Shown here: positions 26,888 through 38,559 of the stretch, in pieces | Layout: every line of letters starts with the position of its first letter | Position numbering within the stretch: the first letter of the stretch is position 1 | NCBI RefSeq assembly: GCF_001194135.2 | Contig: NC_068990.1 | Span: forward strand, 63,171,034-63,227,414 | Origin: Octopus bimaculoides | Lineage: Eukaryota | Length of the DNA stretch: 56,381 nt | Direction: 5' to 3' | The notes under the pieces: generated by a model | Databases searched by the model: none | Told to the model about the DNA's origin: nothing | Seen by the model: the letters and a program-made list of their open reading frames with translations, nothing else | Program-made: the position numbers and the translations under genes

Positions 26888-26918
26888 GTCACACGAGACC
26901 TTGAAGACTGCTAGAAAG
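26864..26918. repeat. Perfect 17-bp inverted repeat hairpin (ctttctagcagtcttca / tgaagactgctagaaag)
   Basis: Direct: arms 26864-26880 and 26902-26918, with extra ggtc/gacc pairing in the 21-nt spacer. Confidence 0.95.
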
Positions 26919-27149
26919 CAGGAATCGCGAAATGAATTGCGAAACCGGAAGAACAGAAAAATAAACTCATGTCTGAAGAAATAAAACGGTTAAGAAGCAA
27001 GAAAGTGAAGGATGAGGTCAAATACGAGAGAGTGGAGGTCGTATTAGGTTGATAGGAGTGAAGAAAAGGATAGTGGGGATCACAGGGGAGAAAAAGGGGG
27101 AGATAGGAGCAGATAGTTGCTGTCGTTAAGGGGAAGTAATGAAAGTTAT

Positions 27150-27395
27150 TTGCCTTCTTATTTGCCTCCATCTGACTATCAGCTGTCTCCCAACATGAAA
27201 AGGCTCTTGGCTGCGAACCGTATCGCAGACGGTGATGACATCGTATCTACTGATGATGACTTTTTTGACGAACAGGATGAGAACTGCTTCACAATTGGGA
27301 TCCCAGAACAACACCGATGAAAAAAGTATGTGAACCGCAAGGGTGAATTTGTTCAAAAATAAACCTTATTTCTTCACATTCCATGAGAGTATCAT
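27150..27395 (+). mobile_element. Mariner (DD34D) transposase C-terminal fragment
   Basis: LPPSDYQLSPNMKRLLAANRIADGDDIVSTDDDFFDEQDENCFTIGI..QHR*KKYVNRKGEFVQK* corresponds to the mariner 'LAPSDYHLF...RW.KCV...GDYVEK*' terminus. Confidence 0.85.
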
Positions 27396-27739
27396 GGATG
27401 GATGGATGGATAGATGGATGTATCTGTGTGCATGTATACATGTATGTGTGTATATATATTTAGATAAAACATATATGTACAAATATATACACACATAAAT
27501 ATACTTTGAATCATATACATATATATGTACATACGAATATGCAATATGTGTATGTGGGTGTGTGCGCGTGTACATATGTATATATGCATATATATACATA
27601 TTGTACATAACTCAATATATACATATGCGTTGTTGTGTATATATATATATACATCTCTGGGTATATACATTCTACTGTCTGGTTTTCTATCCAATTATCA
27701 ATCAATCGATCTATTTATCTAACTACATATATGCATAAA

Positions 27740-27780
<41 letters not shown>

Positions 27781-27850
27781 GTATGTATGTATGTATGTGT
27801 GCATGTATGTATGTATATATGTATGCATGTACAGTGAGTACGCACGGGCT

Positions 27851-27993
27851 ATATCGACCCCAGTGCGCAACTGGTACTTAGTTTATCGACCCCGAAAGGA
27901 TGAAAGGCAAAGTCGACCTCGGCGGAATTTGAACTCAGAACGTAAAGACAGACGAAATACCGCTAAGCATTTCGCCCAGTGTGCTAACGTTTC
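27851..27993 (-). mobile_element. SINE family A copy (5' clipped), tandem with the next copy
   Basis: atatcgaccccagtgcgcaactggtactt...gtcgacctcggcggaatttgaactcagaacgtaaag; young-looking. Confidence 0.9.
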
Positions 27994-28211
27994 ATATTTC
28001 TTTACTGCCCACAAGGGGCTACACAAAGAGGGGACAGACAAACGGATTAACTCGATTATATCGACCCCAGTGCGTAACTAGTACTTATTTAATCGACCCC
28101 GAAAGGATGAAAGGCAAAGTCGACCTCGGTGGAAGTTGAACTCAGAACGTAGCGGTAGTCGAAATGCTGCTAAGCATTTTGCCCAACCTGCTAACGTTTC
28201 TGCCAGCTCGC
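27994..28211 (-). mobile_element. SINE family A copy with an alternative 3' tail
   Basis: Family A head and core; tail (+ strand) atatttctttactgcccacaaggggctacacaaagagggg differs from the other A copies. Confidence 0.9.
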
Positions 28212-28419
28212 AGCATTTGGTACTTACATATTACAGTATCCTGCCAACACATGATCATCATCGTTGTGTATCTCACAGTAAACTCTATGTTATCTTACTA
28301 AACAAAAAACAGCAGCAGTAGAAGCAGCAACAGCAGCAGCAGCAGCAGCAACAATAACAACAATAATAATAACTATAAATATTACGCATAGAAATATTTA
28401 TTCTAATGTTTCATTTACT

Positions 28420-28657
28420 CTTAATGTATTACTATAATATTCTTTAATTTCCGAGATATTTTCGAAAAACCATAAAATGTATTAAATATTCAATAGGTCT
28501 AATGCGAAATTAAAGTTTCAGTTCAACACAAACCTTTACACTAGAGAAAGCAAATTCTAACCGATAAAATCTTAGATGAATCCAATTTTTGCGTTTGTGC
28601 AATTATTTTAACATTGTAGTAGGTTTATGAAAGATTTCAAGTCGTTCGAAATCGATC
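28420..28657 (+). repeat. Unclassified interspersed repeat, copy 1
   Basis: Collinear similarity to the revcomp of 34103-34345 (shared ttttcgaaaa.ccata, aataggtc, ctttacactagaga, aaaatcttag, attattttaa, tcgttcgaaat.gatc). Confidence 0.7.
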
Positions 28658-28998
28658 GTTTACTGGGTAAAAGTATTTGCCGTTATTGGTCCATTTCAGA
28701 TTGTTACATCCAGTTGATTGAAAGCCCTTTTCTATTTAAGATTTTAACCAACAAAAATGTCCTTTGGGCATTCGTGAAAGATGTCATAAATTTGTCAATA
28801 CAAATTTGTCAAAAGTGTGTCTAGTTTTAAATCGAAACTGCTAGACTCTAGAAAATCATTTAGAATATATTAGAAATACCGAAGCCATATATTCAGAATT
28901 ATAATGACTGTGATGGCTATATAGTCTTGCATAAAGGTTGTTGCCTAACTACTAAATAATAATGTTTCGGTACATAGAATCGAAAGTTTTGTTCTCAT

Positions 28999-29160
28999 AG
29001 GCGCAGAAGTGGCTGTGTGGTAAGTAGCTCGCTTACCAACCACATGGTCTCGGCTTCAGTCCCACTGCGTGGCACCTTGGGCAAGTGTCTTCTACTATAA
29101 CCTCGGACCGACCAAAGCCTTGTGGATGAATTTGGTAGACAGAAACTGAAAGAAGCCTGT

Positions 29161-29201
<41 letters not shown>

Positions 29202-29492
29202 GTGTGTCTGTGTGTGTGTGTGTATACGTGCGTGTACGTGCGTGTGCGTGTGTGTGTGTTTGTGTTTGTGTGCTTGTGTGTCTGTTTGTCCCCCCTCCAA
29301 CATCGCTTGACAACCGATGTTGGCATGTTTACGTCTGCGTAACTTACTGGTTCGGCAAAAGAAGCGATAGAATAAGTAGTAGTCTAACAAAGAATAAGTC
29401 TTGAGGTCGATTTGTTCGACTAAAGGTGGTGCTCCAGCATGGCCGCATTCAAAGGATTGAACCAAGTGAAAGAATTAAAGAATAAAAGAATA
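28999..29492 (+). mobile_element. SINE family B, full length, internal (TG)n
   Basis: A-box-like tggctgtgtgg (about 29010), B-box-like ggcttcagtccc, gtggcaccttgggcaagtgtcttctactat core, tail gctccagcatggccgca...aagaataaaagaata. Confidence 0.92.
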
Positions 29493-29941
29493 TTTCAAAA
29501 TGCTTAACGATCGAACGATGATTAACAGTTAAACGGTTTCTCTTAATAACTTGCGTCACATATTCTGTAGTTAGTTACCTCATCGTTGTATTAGTTTGTG
29601 TGTGAATGTATGTGTGTGTGTGAAAGAGAGAGAGAGAGCGAGAAGGTGTGTGTGTGTACAAGTGTGCGCGTGTGTATGTCTATGTACGTGCTTGTGCCTG
29701 CATCACTAATATGCATCAATTCGATTCTTACGTTTCGTAACATATTTAGATAATTACATCACAATATGCGCACCAGCTAAACCAATCCCCGCAGTGAAAT
29801 TTAGAAGTTACAAAGAAAAACCACACGTCAAATTTATAGGAAAGAAATAAGAGGAAAGATAGGGGTTAAGAGACAGTTTCAACAAAAGAATCTACATTTG
29901 CAAGAGTTAACATAGCATCAGTTTTTAAGAGAAGATAATTC

Positions 29942-30329
29942 GCATGTTTATCACCACATCAATATGGCTGTAACGTTTTAACCCCGGGAAGAGCCTCCTC
30001 CAGCAATCGATAACTAGCTACTTTGCTTGATGCAAGATCAGGGACTGGCTGTCGCTTGTTTTTCTACGTATTGCAAGCCGGAGCGAATTACTACTTTCTC
30101 TATTGAATGGGTGTTTACCACTGAGGGTGGGCACAAATGGCTTGAAACTGTACGGTCTAGTGATCCCGTCGTCCGCTGGAAGATGGTAGGGGTTCATTCC
30201 CCTGCTTGCAATACATATCGGGTGCAGATTGCATTGATACCCAGCTGCAGGAGCCTTCTCCCGGGGTTAAAAGCGGTAGTAACGTCGTCTCCTACGGAAC
30301 AGCCATGTTGATGTGGCGGTAAACATTGC
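29942..30329. mobile_element. Foldback/MITE-like element with about 60-bp bipartite terminal inverted repeats
   Basis: Left gcatgtttatcaccacatcaatatggctgt...ttttaaccccgggaagagcctcctccagc vs right gctgcaggagccttctcccggggttaaaa...acagccatgttgatgtggcggtaaacattgc. Confidence 0.75.
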
Positions 30330-30617
30330 TTCTCGGTATAATTACTACTTTCATCTCTTATAGAGATTTTCTAACAAGATACTTTCATATGGAATTGATA
30401 AATTTATAGCAGCAAGAATATTTAGATTCATTTTGAAGGCCATTATTTAACGAGAAACTCCCGAAAGACGAACTTTAATTTAGCTATAGGTTCATCAAAT
30501 TCGGCACAGGCAAGTTTTTTATCTATTTATTTCAAAAAAAGATTATATAACATTGTGAGAGTATTTTTTTTTTATATAAACAAGCTTAGAAGCTCTGAGT
30601 GAATTGGTATTTTCGAG

Positions 30618-30808
30618 AAAATAAAGGAAAGCTCGAACGCGGATAATTGTGAAAACAGTTTAGAAGATCAAAACCGGAATTTGAGAGGTAAAGGATTCGA
30701 TTCCCTGTAGCGGCTTGCTGGCCTCTATTTTACGTCTTTTAAGGGTATTTATCCGATCTTCTAATCTGTTTTCACAGCTATTCCTGGGCTCGAGATTTAC
30801 TTAATTTT
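30618..30808. repeat. Imperfect about 50-bp inverted repeat with about 85-bp spacer (MITE-like)
   Basis: Core tgtgaaaacagtttagaagatc (30648-30669) vs gatcttctaatctgttttcaca (30755-30776), 21/22 match; weaker pairing extends outward. Confidence 0.7.
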
Positions 30809-31502
30809 CTATTATAGTATACTTTTTTGACGTTACGCTAGACCTTAACATACAACTCTGCTACTCACATCGCATACCAAGCGAAAACTTGCACTACATT
30901 CATAAGCTATCAAATTGCCCAAGGTGTTAATTAAGCTCTCTAATATCGCATTAGTATACGAGCTAAAAACGGATCTGTAAATTTCTACCAATCAGAAAAT
31001 CTTCCAAGAAAATGTAATGTATTACACTGAGGCTTTACCAATAAGTAAATACAGTCAAGAGATTAAGTGCATAAATATCCGAGGGAAATATTTCTAGTAA
31101 AGAAGCGAATGATAGGAGCGTAGAGAGAGATTTTGGGAACGAGGATAAGAAAGGTCCTATAGGTAAAAAGAATGATGATATAGTAGCTCTATCACTAAGT
31201 TATGAAATTTACTAACCCCAGTTCGCATCAGTGCTTCACAGTGGATCTAACACCGATATTTTGAGGGATAGAAAACTTTAGGTTCTAAAAGACTTAATAA
31301 TTTTAATAAATGTAAATATCAAAAGTATTATATATTTGAAATAAATAAAATAAACTATATTATCCATTAATGACTGAATCATTATAAGCTGAATCTTATA
31401 AGACTAATAATGACAATATTACCAGTTACAATGTAGGAGACGGAGATACTGTAACAATGAGCATAACACCATTATCACGTAAGTAATAGTAAATCTAATA
31501 AT

Positions 31503-31713
31503 CCTTTCTGCTATAGGCACAAGGGTTCAAATTGGGGAGAAGAGGATAGTCGTTTATATTGACTTCAGAACTGGACTGGTACTTTCTTTATCGACTCCGA
31601 AAGAATTTTAAGGCAAAGTCAACCTCGGCGGAATTTGAACTCGACTTCGAGACGGATGAAATGCCGTTGGGCATTTTAGCCGCCGTGCTAACGATTCTAC
31701 CAGCCCGCCGCCT
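31503..31713 (-). mobile_element. SINE family A copy with 19-bp target-site duplication
   Basis: Family A head and core; TSD taatagtaaatctaataat (31484-31502) / taataataaatctaataat (31714-31732). Confidence 0.88.
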
Positions 31714-32100
31714 TAATAATAAATCTAATAATATTAGCACATATGCAGATATACTTGATTCAACTGAAACTAGAAATAGGAGAAAAGGAAAAACATTTAT
31801 AACCTGGTATAATTCGCCATACTCTCTCACGTTAGGACAATTCCGAAAGCATTTTCGAAATACTACGAGAAAACTTTCCACACTAGCGTACATACGATCA
31901 GATTCTCAATGTCTGTACCTTACTCTGATTCCTAACTTAACTGATAACATAGCAGCATGTAATGCTAGGAAACTTAACATGGCGAATAATAGTAACATGA
32001 CAGATACGACAGTTGTATCTAGTATCAAACTAATGGGAATAGCAAATTCACATTCTGTCATGGCACTCTGTCGGTTACGAAAATGAGGGTTCTAGTTGGT

Positions 32101-32252
32101 GAAAGAGTACAGCAGGGTTCACCCCAGCCCCTGCCGAAACCTCGTGGAGTTTTAGGTGTTTTTACTCATTAAACACTCAAAACGCCCGGTTTGGGAATCG
32201 AAACCGCGATCCTTTGACTGCGAGTCCGCTGCCCTAACCACTGGGCCTCCAC
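32101..32252 (-). mobile_element. SINE family C 5' fragment
   Basis: Matches the head of 39555-39941 and 47820-48206 (gtggagg...cccagtggttagggcagcggactcgc). Confidence 0.88.
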
Positions 32253-32540
32253 ATATTCTTATGTACGAGCTAAATAAAACATACAGTTATATTTAGGTAG
32301 AACCAATCTGGCGATATAGGAAATGTATCACATAAATAAAAAATGATGAAATATCATAATTTCAGGTTAAAACAATAGCATTAACAATCTCTTAACAAGT
32401 ATTTGTCCCAAAATCTTGAAGAATGCACAGAGGCTTAACACAAAGCTACCTGTTTTAGTACCATTGGCGTTCTACCTGTCGAGGAGATTGTAAGCTAAAC
32501 ATATATAACTGTAGAAATATTTACCAGTTTTCTCTGACAG

Positions 32541-32597
32541 TAAACTGAGAAAATATGCCGTATATAACTGTCGTGTAATTACCCACAATGGATGCAG
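32541..32597 (+). CDS. Candidate 57-nt symmetric (phase 2-2) exon, KLRKYAVYNCRVITHNGC
   Basis: Acceptor ttttctctgacag, donor CAG|GTAAAC, a single open frame, length divisible by 3. No recognised homology. Confidence 0.22.
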
Positions 32598-33689
32598 GTA
32601 AACAGGTACCACTTCAAATTTTAAAAAAATTGTATATAGATATATTTTTACTGACTCATAGTATATACTTTCTGTTTCGTTAACTGAGAGTATCTGATAT
32701 TTGAAACCTGAAAAATTCAATTGCAAACTAAAATGAAGAATTGATAGCTCTAGTGAGGAGGTAGATATATCAACTGTACATGCGAAAAACTCTGGAGTCA
32801 AGCATTTATGAATTTGCTAATAAAAAAGAGAGAGTTAGTTGAATGTTGAATCACAAGGTATTAAAAACATTTATTTATTACAGCACAAGTAATAACGAAC
32901 ATTATTTGAAGTAGACTCATCTCATAATTAATAGAACTCCTACATTATTTTGCTACAAGACTTATGAATATTTTCATTTTATATTTATTAAACTCTTGCT
33001 TAAATTCACTGATTAATTCAAACGAGTTTTCCCCCCTCATCTTTTGTTCTTACTCATTAATCCTTCTCTCTATTTATCTGAGTTTTGGCTTATTTATTTG
33101 GTCTCTAGTATCCTTTTTTATAGAGTTAATACAGTGACGCTAATATTCTTATTGGGTCTTTTGCCTTTAGTTGTTATATGCTTAATTCTTAGTTTAACCT
33201 TGAGTTCATACGAGTGCAGTAATAAGAGTGATGAGTTTATTGATTGTATTTGAAGACGTAAAACTTTTTACTTCGCGATATGTAGGAAAAATCCCTTTAA
33301 GTACTTTGGTACTCTTTTGATAAATTGCAGTAAAACATATATATCAGTTTTGTATGTTTACTTATTAATTCGTGTTTCTGTTGATATCATCCCATTAATA
33401 ATATATGCGATTATATTCTTGGTAGCATTTTGAGAATTATCTTTTGCTTTATGTATTGGTATGTCAATCAATATATTAGAGTAGATTGCTTGTGAGTTTT
33501 GTTTTAGAAGCGATTACGTAAATATATGTATCTACACATTTTCCCAAACAGTAAGCGCGTATACATCAACATTTTGCATGTATGCTAGTGCCCTAAACAC
33601 ATACACGAACGCGCACACGTGTATATACAGTTTTCTATCAAGGTCTTACCTCATTCTCCATCCGACGATAGAATAAACCGCTCCAATAC

Positions 33690-34030
33690 CTCATTTTGTC
33701 TACGATAATGGTATAGATCACTGCTACATGGATAGCAGCTGTGTATTTAGTACAAAATGCGCAATCTGCCCATTATTCTTGAGCAGCTGTAAGAGACTTC
33801 CAGCCCACCTTCTTACGTTTTATGATTTATGCTCATGTAATAACTCAACCATCATGCTCTTGACCCGCCAATCAACAACATCAAACTCCTTGTCAGTAAC
33901 CTCACGGAACCCTTGTCCCACGATGGATTTGCGTTCCTCAGTCTCGAAGCCAAGTTCATCTTGATGCAAAGGCTGACACCTTGAAGCTTGACATCGAGAC
34001 CAACTACCACCGGACAGCATACAAACTCAA
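33690..34030 (-). mobile_element. Possible decayed non-LTR retrotransposon (L1/Tx1-like) fragment
   Basis: GC-richer island; minus frame CQPLHQDELG resembles the 'P...GGLG' motif C-terminal of L1/Tx1 RT. Weak. Confidence 0.25.
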
Positions 34031-34102
34031 ATGCATATTCAAACCTAAGGCCCCCAACTGATCCTATCACATGGGGAAACACATAAGTTTACCTTGTAAA
34101 TG

Positions 34103-34345
34103 ATCTATTTCGAACGAAATATTTCATAAGCATATTACGATATTAAAATAATGACAGAATCTTAAACATAGGATGCAGCTAAGATTTTTCTTCTAAAATT
34201 TGTTATCTCTAGTGTAAAGATTTGCCTTCAATTGAAACTTAATTTAATATATGACCTATTCAATATGGTTTCTATGGGTTTTCGAAAATAACTGAGGAAT
34301 TAATGAGTGAAATTACGGAGTATTATAGTGATGCATGACCTTTCC
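34103..34345 (-). repeat. Unclassified interspersed repeat, copy 2
   Basis: See 28420-28657. Confidence 0.7.
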
Positions 34346-34587
34346 CGCGTGCAAAATGCTCCAAATTATATGGAACTAACAGAACTGCAGAAGCAAAACA
34401 ATCGAGGTATGTAAAGTAATTGAACCAACAGCTTCTGAAATTCATTACTATTATGGTTTTTTGAAGCTACAAATGCATCTTCCGTTCACAGTTCGATTTT
34501 ATCAATCATCAGCACACTCTGGTTACTGACGGCGTTACATCTGAAAGGCACGAATGGTCGTTGTCAAATCGACTGGTAACAATAAGA

Positions 34588-34637
34588 ACAGTATTTATAA
34601 AACAGTATTTATAAACAAAATAGACAGTATTTATAAA
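34588..34637. repeat. acagtatttataaa x3 (two tandem, one spaced)
   Basis: Direct. Confidence 0.85.
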
Positions 34638-35589
34638 ATGTCCTATTTGTTAACAAATCAGGAATGATATTAAAAAGTTTCTCAAGCAGGCTTTGTTACG
34701 ATAGCCATAGTGCTACACACACACACACCTGTAACATTTAAACTTGTAAGGAGGAAAATAGGAGTACATTAAAATATATTTCATTAAACACATTGCTGAT
34801 ATAATAACAAGAATAATGACTGCAATAAGAACTACAACAATATCGACTAGGGCATTGACACTAAATATTGTAAATACACAGTGTTCTAATATACAATTTT
34901 AAGTAATCTGGTAAATAAGTCACTGAAAAATTACTTCAATTTTTTGAGAGTTTTGTAAACAAACATGTCTCCAAAGAGACCTCTTCAGAAAATTGAAATT
35001 TACTTTAATTAGTTATATAACTAAATTCAAATCTGTTTGGATATCTTAGTGAATTGGCTATTACTATAAAATTCTTTAGTTTGGGTCTCTGAATCCCCAA
35101 ATGAAAACTTTATTGGTGAAAACAAAATTAATTTTAGAAACATTCGTCTTAAAGATTTGTATCACTTCACATCTACTCTAATGTTGTTAGTCCCTGCGGA
35201 TAAAATTCATCTCAAGAATTTTCAAATTTCAGCTTCATCTACTTGGTGGCAAATGATTTAGGTTTCAATATCCTTAACAGTATGTTTCTAGTAATGTTTG
35301 CTTCAAAAATTCATTTTATTTAATCACGGGCATTGTATGTTATATAAAATTTACTAACATGTCATCTATTTTCAAATACTGGAAACCATTTCACTAACTA
35401 ATAAATTATTACAGCACTATTTTGAATTAAATCGATCTTAACGTTTCTTTACTTGTTTGACTCCAAATTCGTTTTCGTCTGCAAAAGTTAGCGCTTATCA
35501 GATACAGTAAAGTAACATAACCGATAACTGTTCTAAAAACCCAGAACAAAATCAGATATATATATACAGCGAATGTTTGTTCCATCTTC

Positions 35590-35798
35590 GGCGAGGTGGA
35601 AGAATCGTTAGCACGCCGGACAAAATGTTCAGCGGTATTTCGTCCGTCTTTACGTTCTGACTTCAAATTCGCCGAGGAAGACTTTGCTTTTCATCCTTTC
35701 GGGGTCGTTAAAATAAGTAATAGTTGAGCACTGGAGTCGATATTATCGACTTAACCCCTTCCCCGAAATTGTTGGCCTGTGCCAAGATTTGAAACCAA
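35590..35798 (+). mobile_element. SINE family A, full length
   Basis: Close match to the family A head, core and tail. Confidence 0.9.
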
Positions 35799-35868
35799 CA
35801 TAAGAGGATTCCGAACATATACAAATAAAACGTGTTATAAAAATGCATTGAATACAATAGTGATATCA

Positions 35869-35916
35869 ATATATGTGAAAGTGCATATATGTGAAAGTGT
35901 AATATATGTGAAAGTG
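35869..35916. repeat. 16-17-bp tandem repeat x3 (atatatgtgaaagtg[c/ta])
   Basis: Direct. Confidence 0.9.
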
Positions 35917-37665
35917 CAACAAAACCCCAAAGCTCTTGATCACCCAACTAAATGAAACCATTAAGATTCCTACCTGTAAATATTTATTATCTCAAAACAT
36001 CATAGTTTTTGATTACCATTTAAAAACAATGATCGCTCTCCAATGTACAATATTTGATAGTTTAAGTAATAATTATTCATCAATTAGTTATTATTACACA
36101 GAGGATTCTTTTACTTATGGTTGCCACCCTGAAAGATTCATATGTAATATTATGAATGTAAGATGCAAAATTATAAAATGTTGAAGTGTTTTTGATTGGG
36201 GTAAAATCAATGAAACGCGTTTCTAAATATTTTCAAATCTCGAAAATTTTTTAATCTATTAAATAACACTGCGTAACAAAATTATAATTTTTGTTTTGTG
36301 TTTGGTTAGTAAGTGTTATTTCCTATTTGCTTCTATCTAGAAATCAAAGGAAACGACTACTATTCAACTTCAAACTTTGCTTTTGTGAACTGGACATCAA
36401 TGTTTTGAAACTGATTGCTATAGCAAATATTATGCTAAATACCGCAGATTTCCTTGTCAGTTGCTTAACCTTAACCAGTTGGGCATGTCCCTTAGTGGCT
36501 GACAACATGTGCATCTCTGATCATGAGCAGGTTTAGTGGGAGAACATCATAGCTATGTATTGAGAGGGATTCTTTAGGGTTTGAATAAATGTAACAAAAG
36601 CAAAGTTTGAAAAAAATATTTGCCATTTTTCATACTTTTTAGGGGTAAGCAAATAGAGAATAACATTTGCTGCCCAAGGACAAAAATCATGTTACATAGT
36701 GTAATATATTCTCAAAAACTTTTTAAAGGAAATTAAATGATGCTTTTTCTTTCTTTCCAACAAATATTGCTGCGATTTCTAAAAGCATCTGTGTTAATAA
36801 AAATTATTATAGTACAAAGTGGTTTATAGAAGAGACACAACTCCTATAATGAAAGAAGATAGAGTTGTGATATAAATTCAAGACGAAAAATGAATGGTAC
36901 TTCTTCTGTAGAAGTGTTCTTTTGGTAATACTGAACGCAAATATTAGAAGATTACAGCCAATGAGACTGCTATTACCCTCTCATGCGTGGGAATAGTTCG
37001 TATAATGCAGTTAAAGAGTTAATACGCCTTATAAATTGCAATAAGATGCTCGAAAATGTGTCAGTCATTCTAAGGGTTCCAAGTAGTTTTGTTCTGCGAG
37101 CTTCAAGAGAGATAATATTAAATGTGTTTATAAATAAAGCAGGTGATTAAATGATTAATCTATTCTGGGCAAATGAGCTACAATCGCTATAAAAGAATAA
37201 CGTTTTTCAGGCAAATGACATTAAATAGCAAATGCCATAAAACAGAAGTGAGCATAATTAGTTGCTGTTCTTCCAAGTGTGATATTTAGTTTTGAAAATT
37301 CTTCAAGCAATATCTATACAATAATGTTATAATGTTCTGTATAGTAACAAAGACATCACTCATGTATTATCAACAATCCTGCATTATCGATTCACAGTTG
37401 ACAAAATCGATAATTAGTGAAGGAAAAATAAATATGAATATTCGTAGTCATTTTTATTAATCCGCTTCATACTATCAGTGCTAGTGAATAAGCCTTCACA
37501 AGTAGTACAGACATTTTTTTTCTTGCAATTTCGTTCGATTTACGATCAGAATCTTGGCATCGTTGTGGTCATCAAGAAATATGCAGTGTATAACACAAAG
37601 TAACAAAATTATAATCTGTTTTCTTATGCTTTTCGAGATTCCACAGGCATGAGATGAATGAAAGT

Positions 37666-37830
37666 ACATGTGTTCGTTCCGTTGTCTGTAGTTTATTGTT
37701 CTAACGTCCTGTACCCTGATATGCATGTATATACACATGTAGATGTAAGTATGTACATATATGTGTGTATACATGTATATATATTCTTTGTATTATTACA
37801 TTATTGAACGCACACGTCCTTTTTTGCAAG

Positions 37831-37866
<36 letters not shown>

Positions 37867-38559
37867 NNNNNNNNNNNNNNNNNNNNNNNNNNNNNNNNNN
37901 NNNNNNNNNNNNNNNNNNNNNNNNNNNNNNNNNNNNNNNNNNNNNNNNNNNNNNNNNNNNNNNNNNNNNNNNNNNNNNNNNNNNNNNNNNNNNNNNNNNN
38001 NNNNNNNNNNNNNNNNNNNNNNNNNNNNNNNNNNNNNNNNNNNNNNNNNNNNNNNNNNNNNNNNNNNNNNNNNNNNNNNNNNNNNNNNNNNNNNNNNNNN
38101 NNNNNNNNNNNNNNNNNNNNNNNNNNNNNNNNNNNNNNNNNNNNNNNNNNNNNNNNNNNNNNNNNNNNNNNNNNNNNNNNNNNNNNNNNNNNNNNNNNNN
38201 NNNNNNNNNNNNNNNNNNNNNNNNNNNNNNNNNNNNNNNNNNNNNNNNNNNNNNNNNNNNNNNNNNNNNNNNNNNNNNNNNNNNNNNNNNNNNNNNNNNN
38301 NNNNNNNNNNNNNNNNNNNNNNNNNNNNNNNNNNNNNNNNNNNNNNNNNNNNNNNNNNNNNNNNNNNNNNNNNNNNNNNNNNNNNNNNNNNNNNACATGT
38401 GTTCGTTCCGTTGTCTGTAGTTTATTGTTCTAACGTCCTGTACCCTGATATGCATGTATATACACATGTAGATGTAAGTATGTACATATATGTGTGTATA
38501 CATGTATATATATTCTTTGTATTATTACATTATTGAACGCACACGTCCTTTTTTGCAAG

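Noticed and set aside
31390-31478. NITSYNVGDGDTVTMSITPLS before a GTAAGT donor
   Set aside because: No pyrimidine-rich acceptor, and it begins in a local tandem duplication.
31559-32086. 175-aa ORF (longest gap-free ORF)
   Set aside because: It starts inside an antisense SINE A copy, continues through low-complexity AT-rich DNA, and shows no domain signature or splice support.
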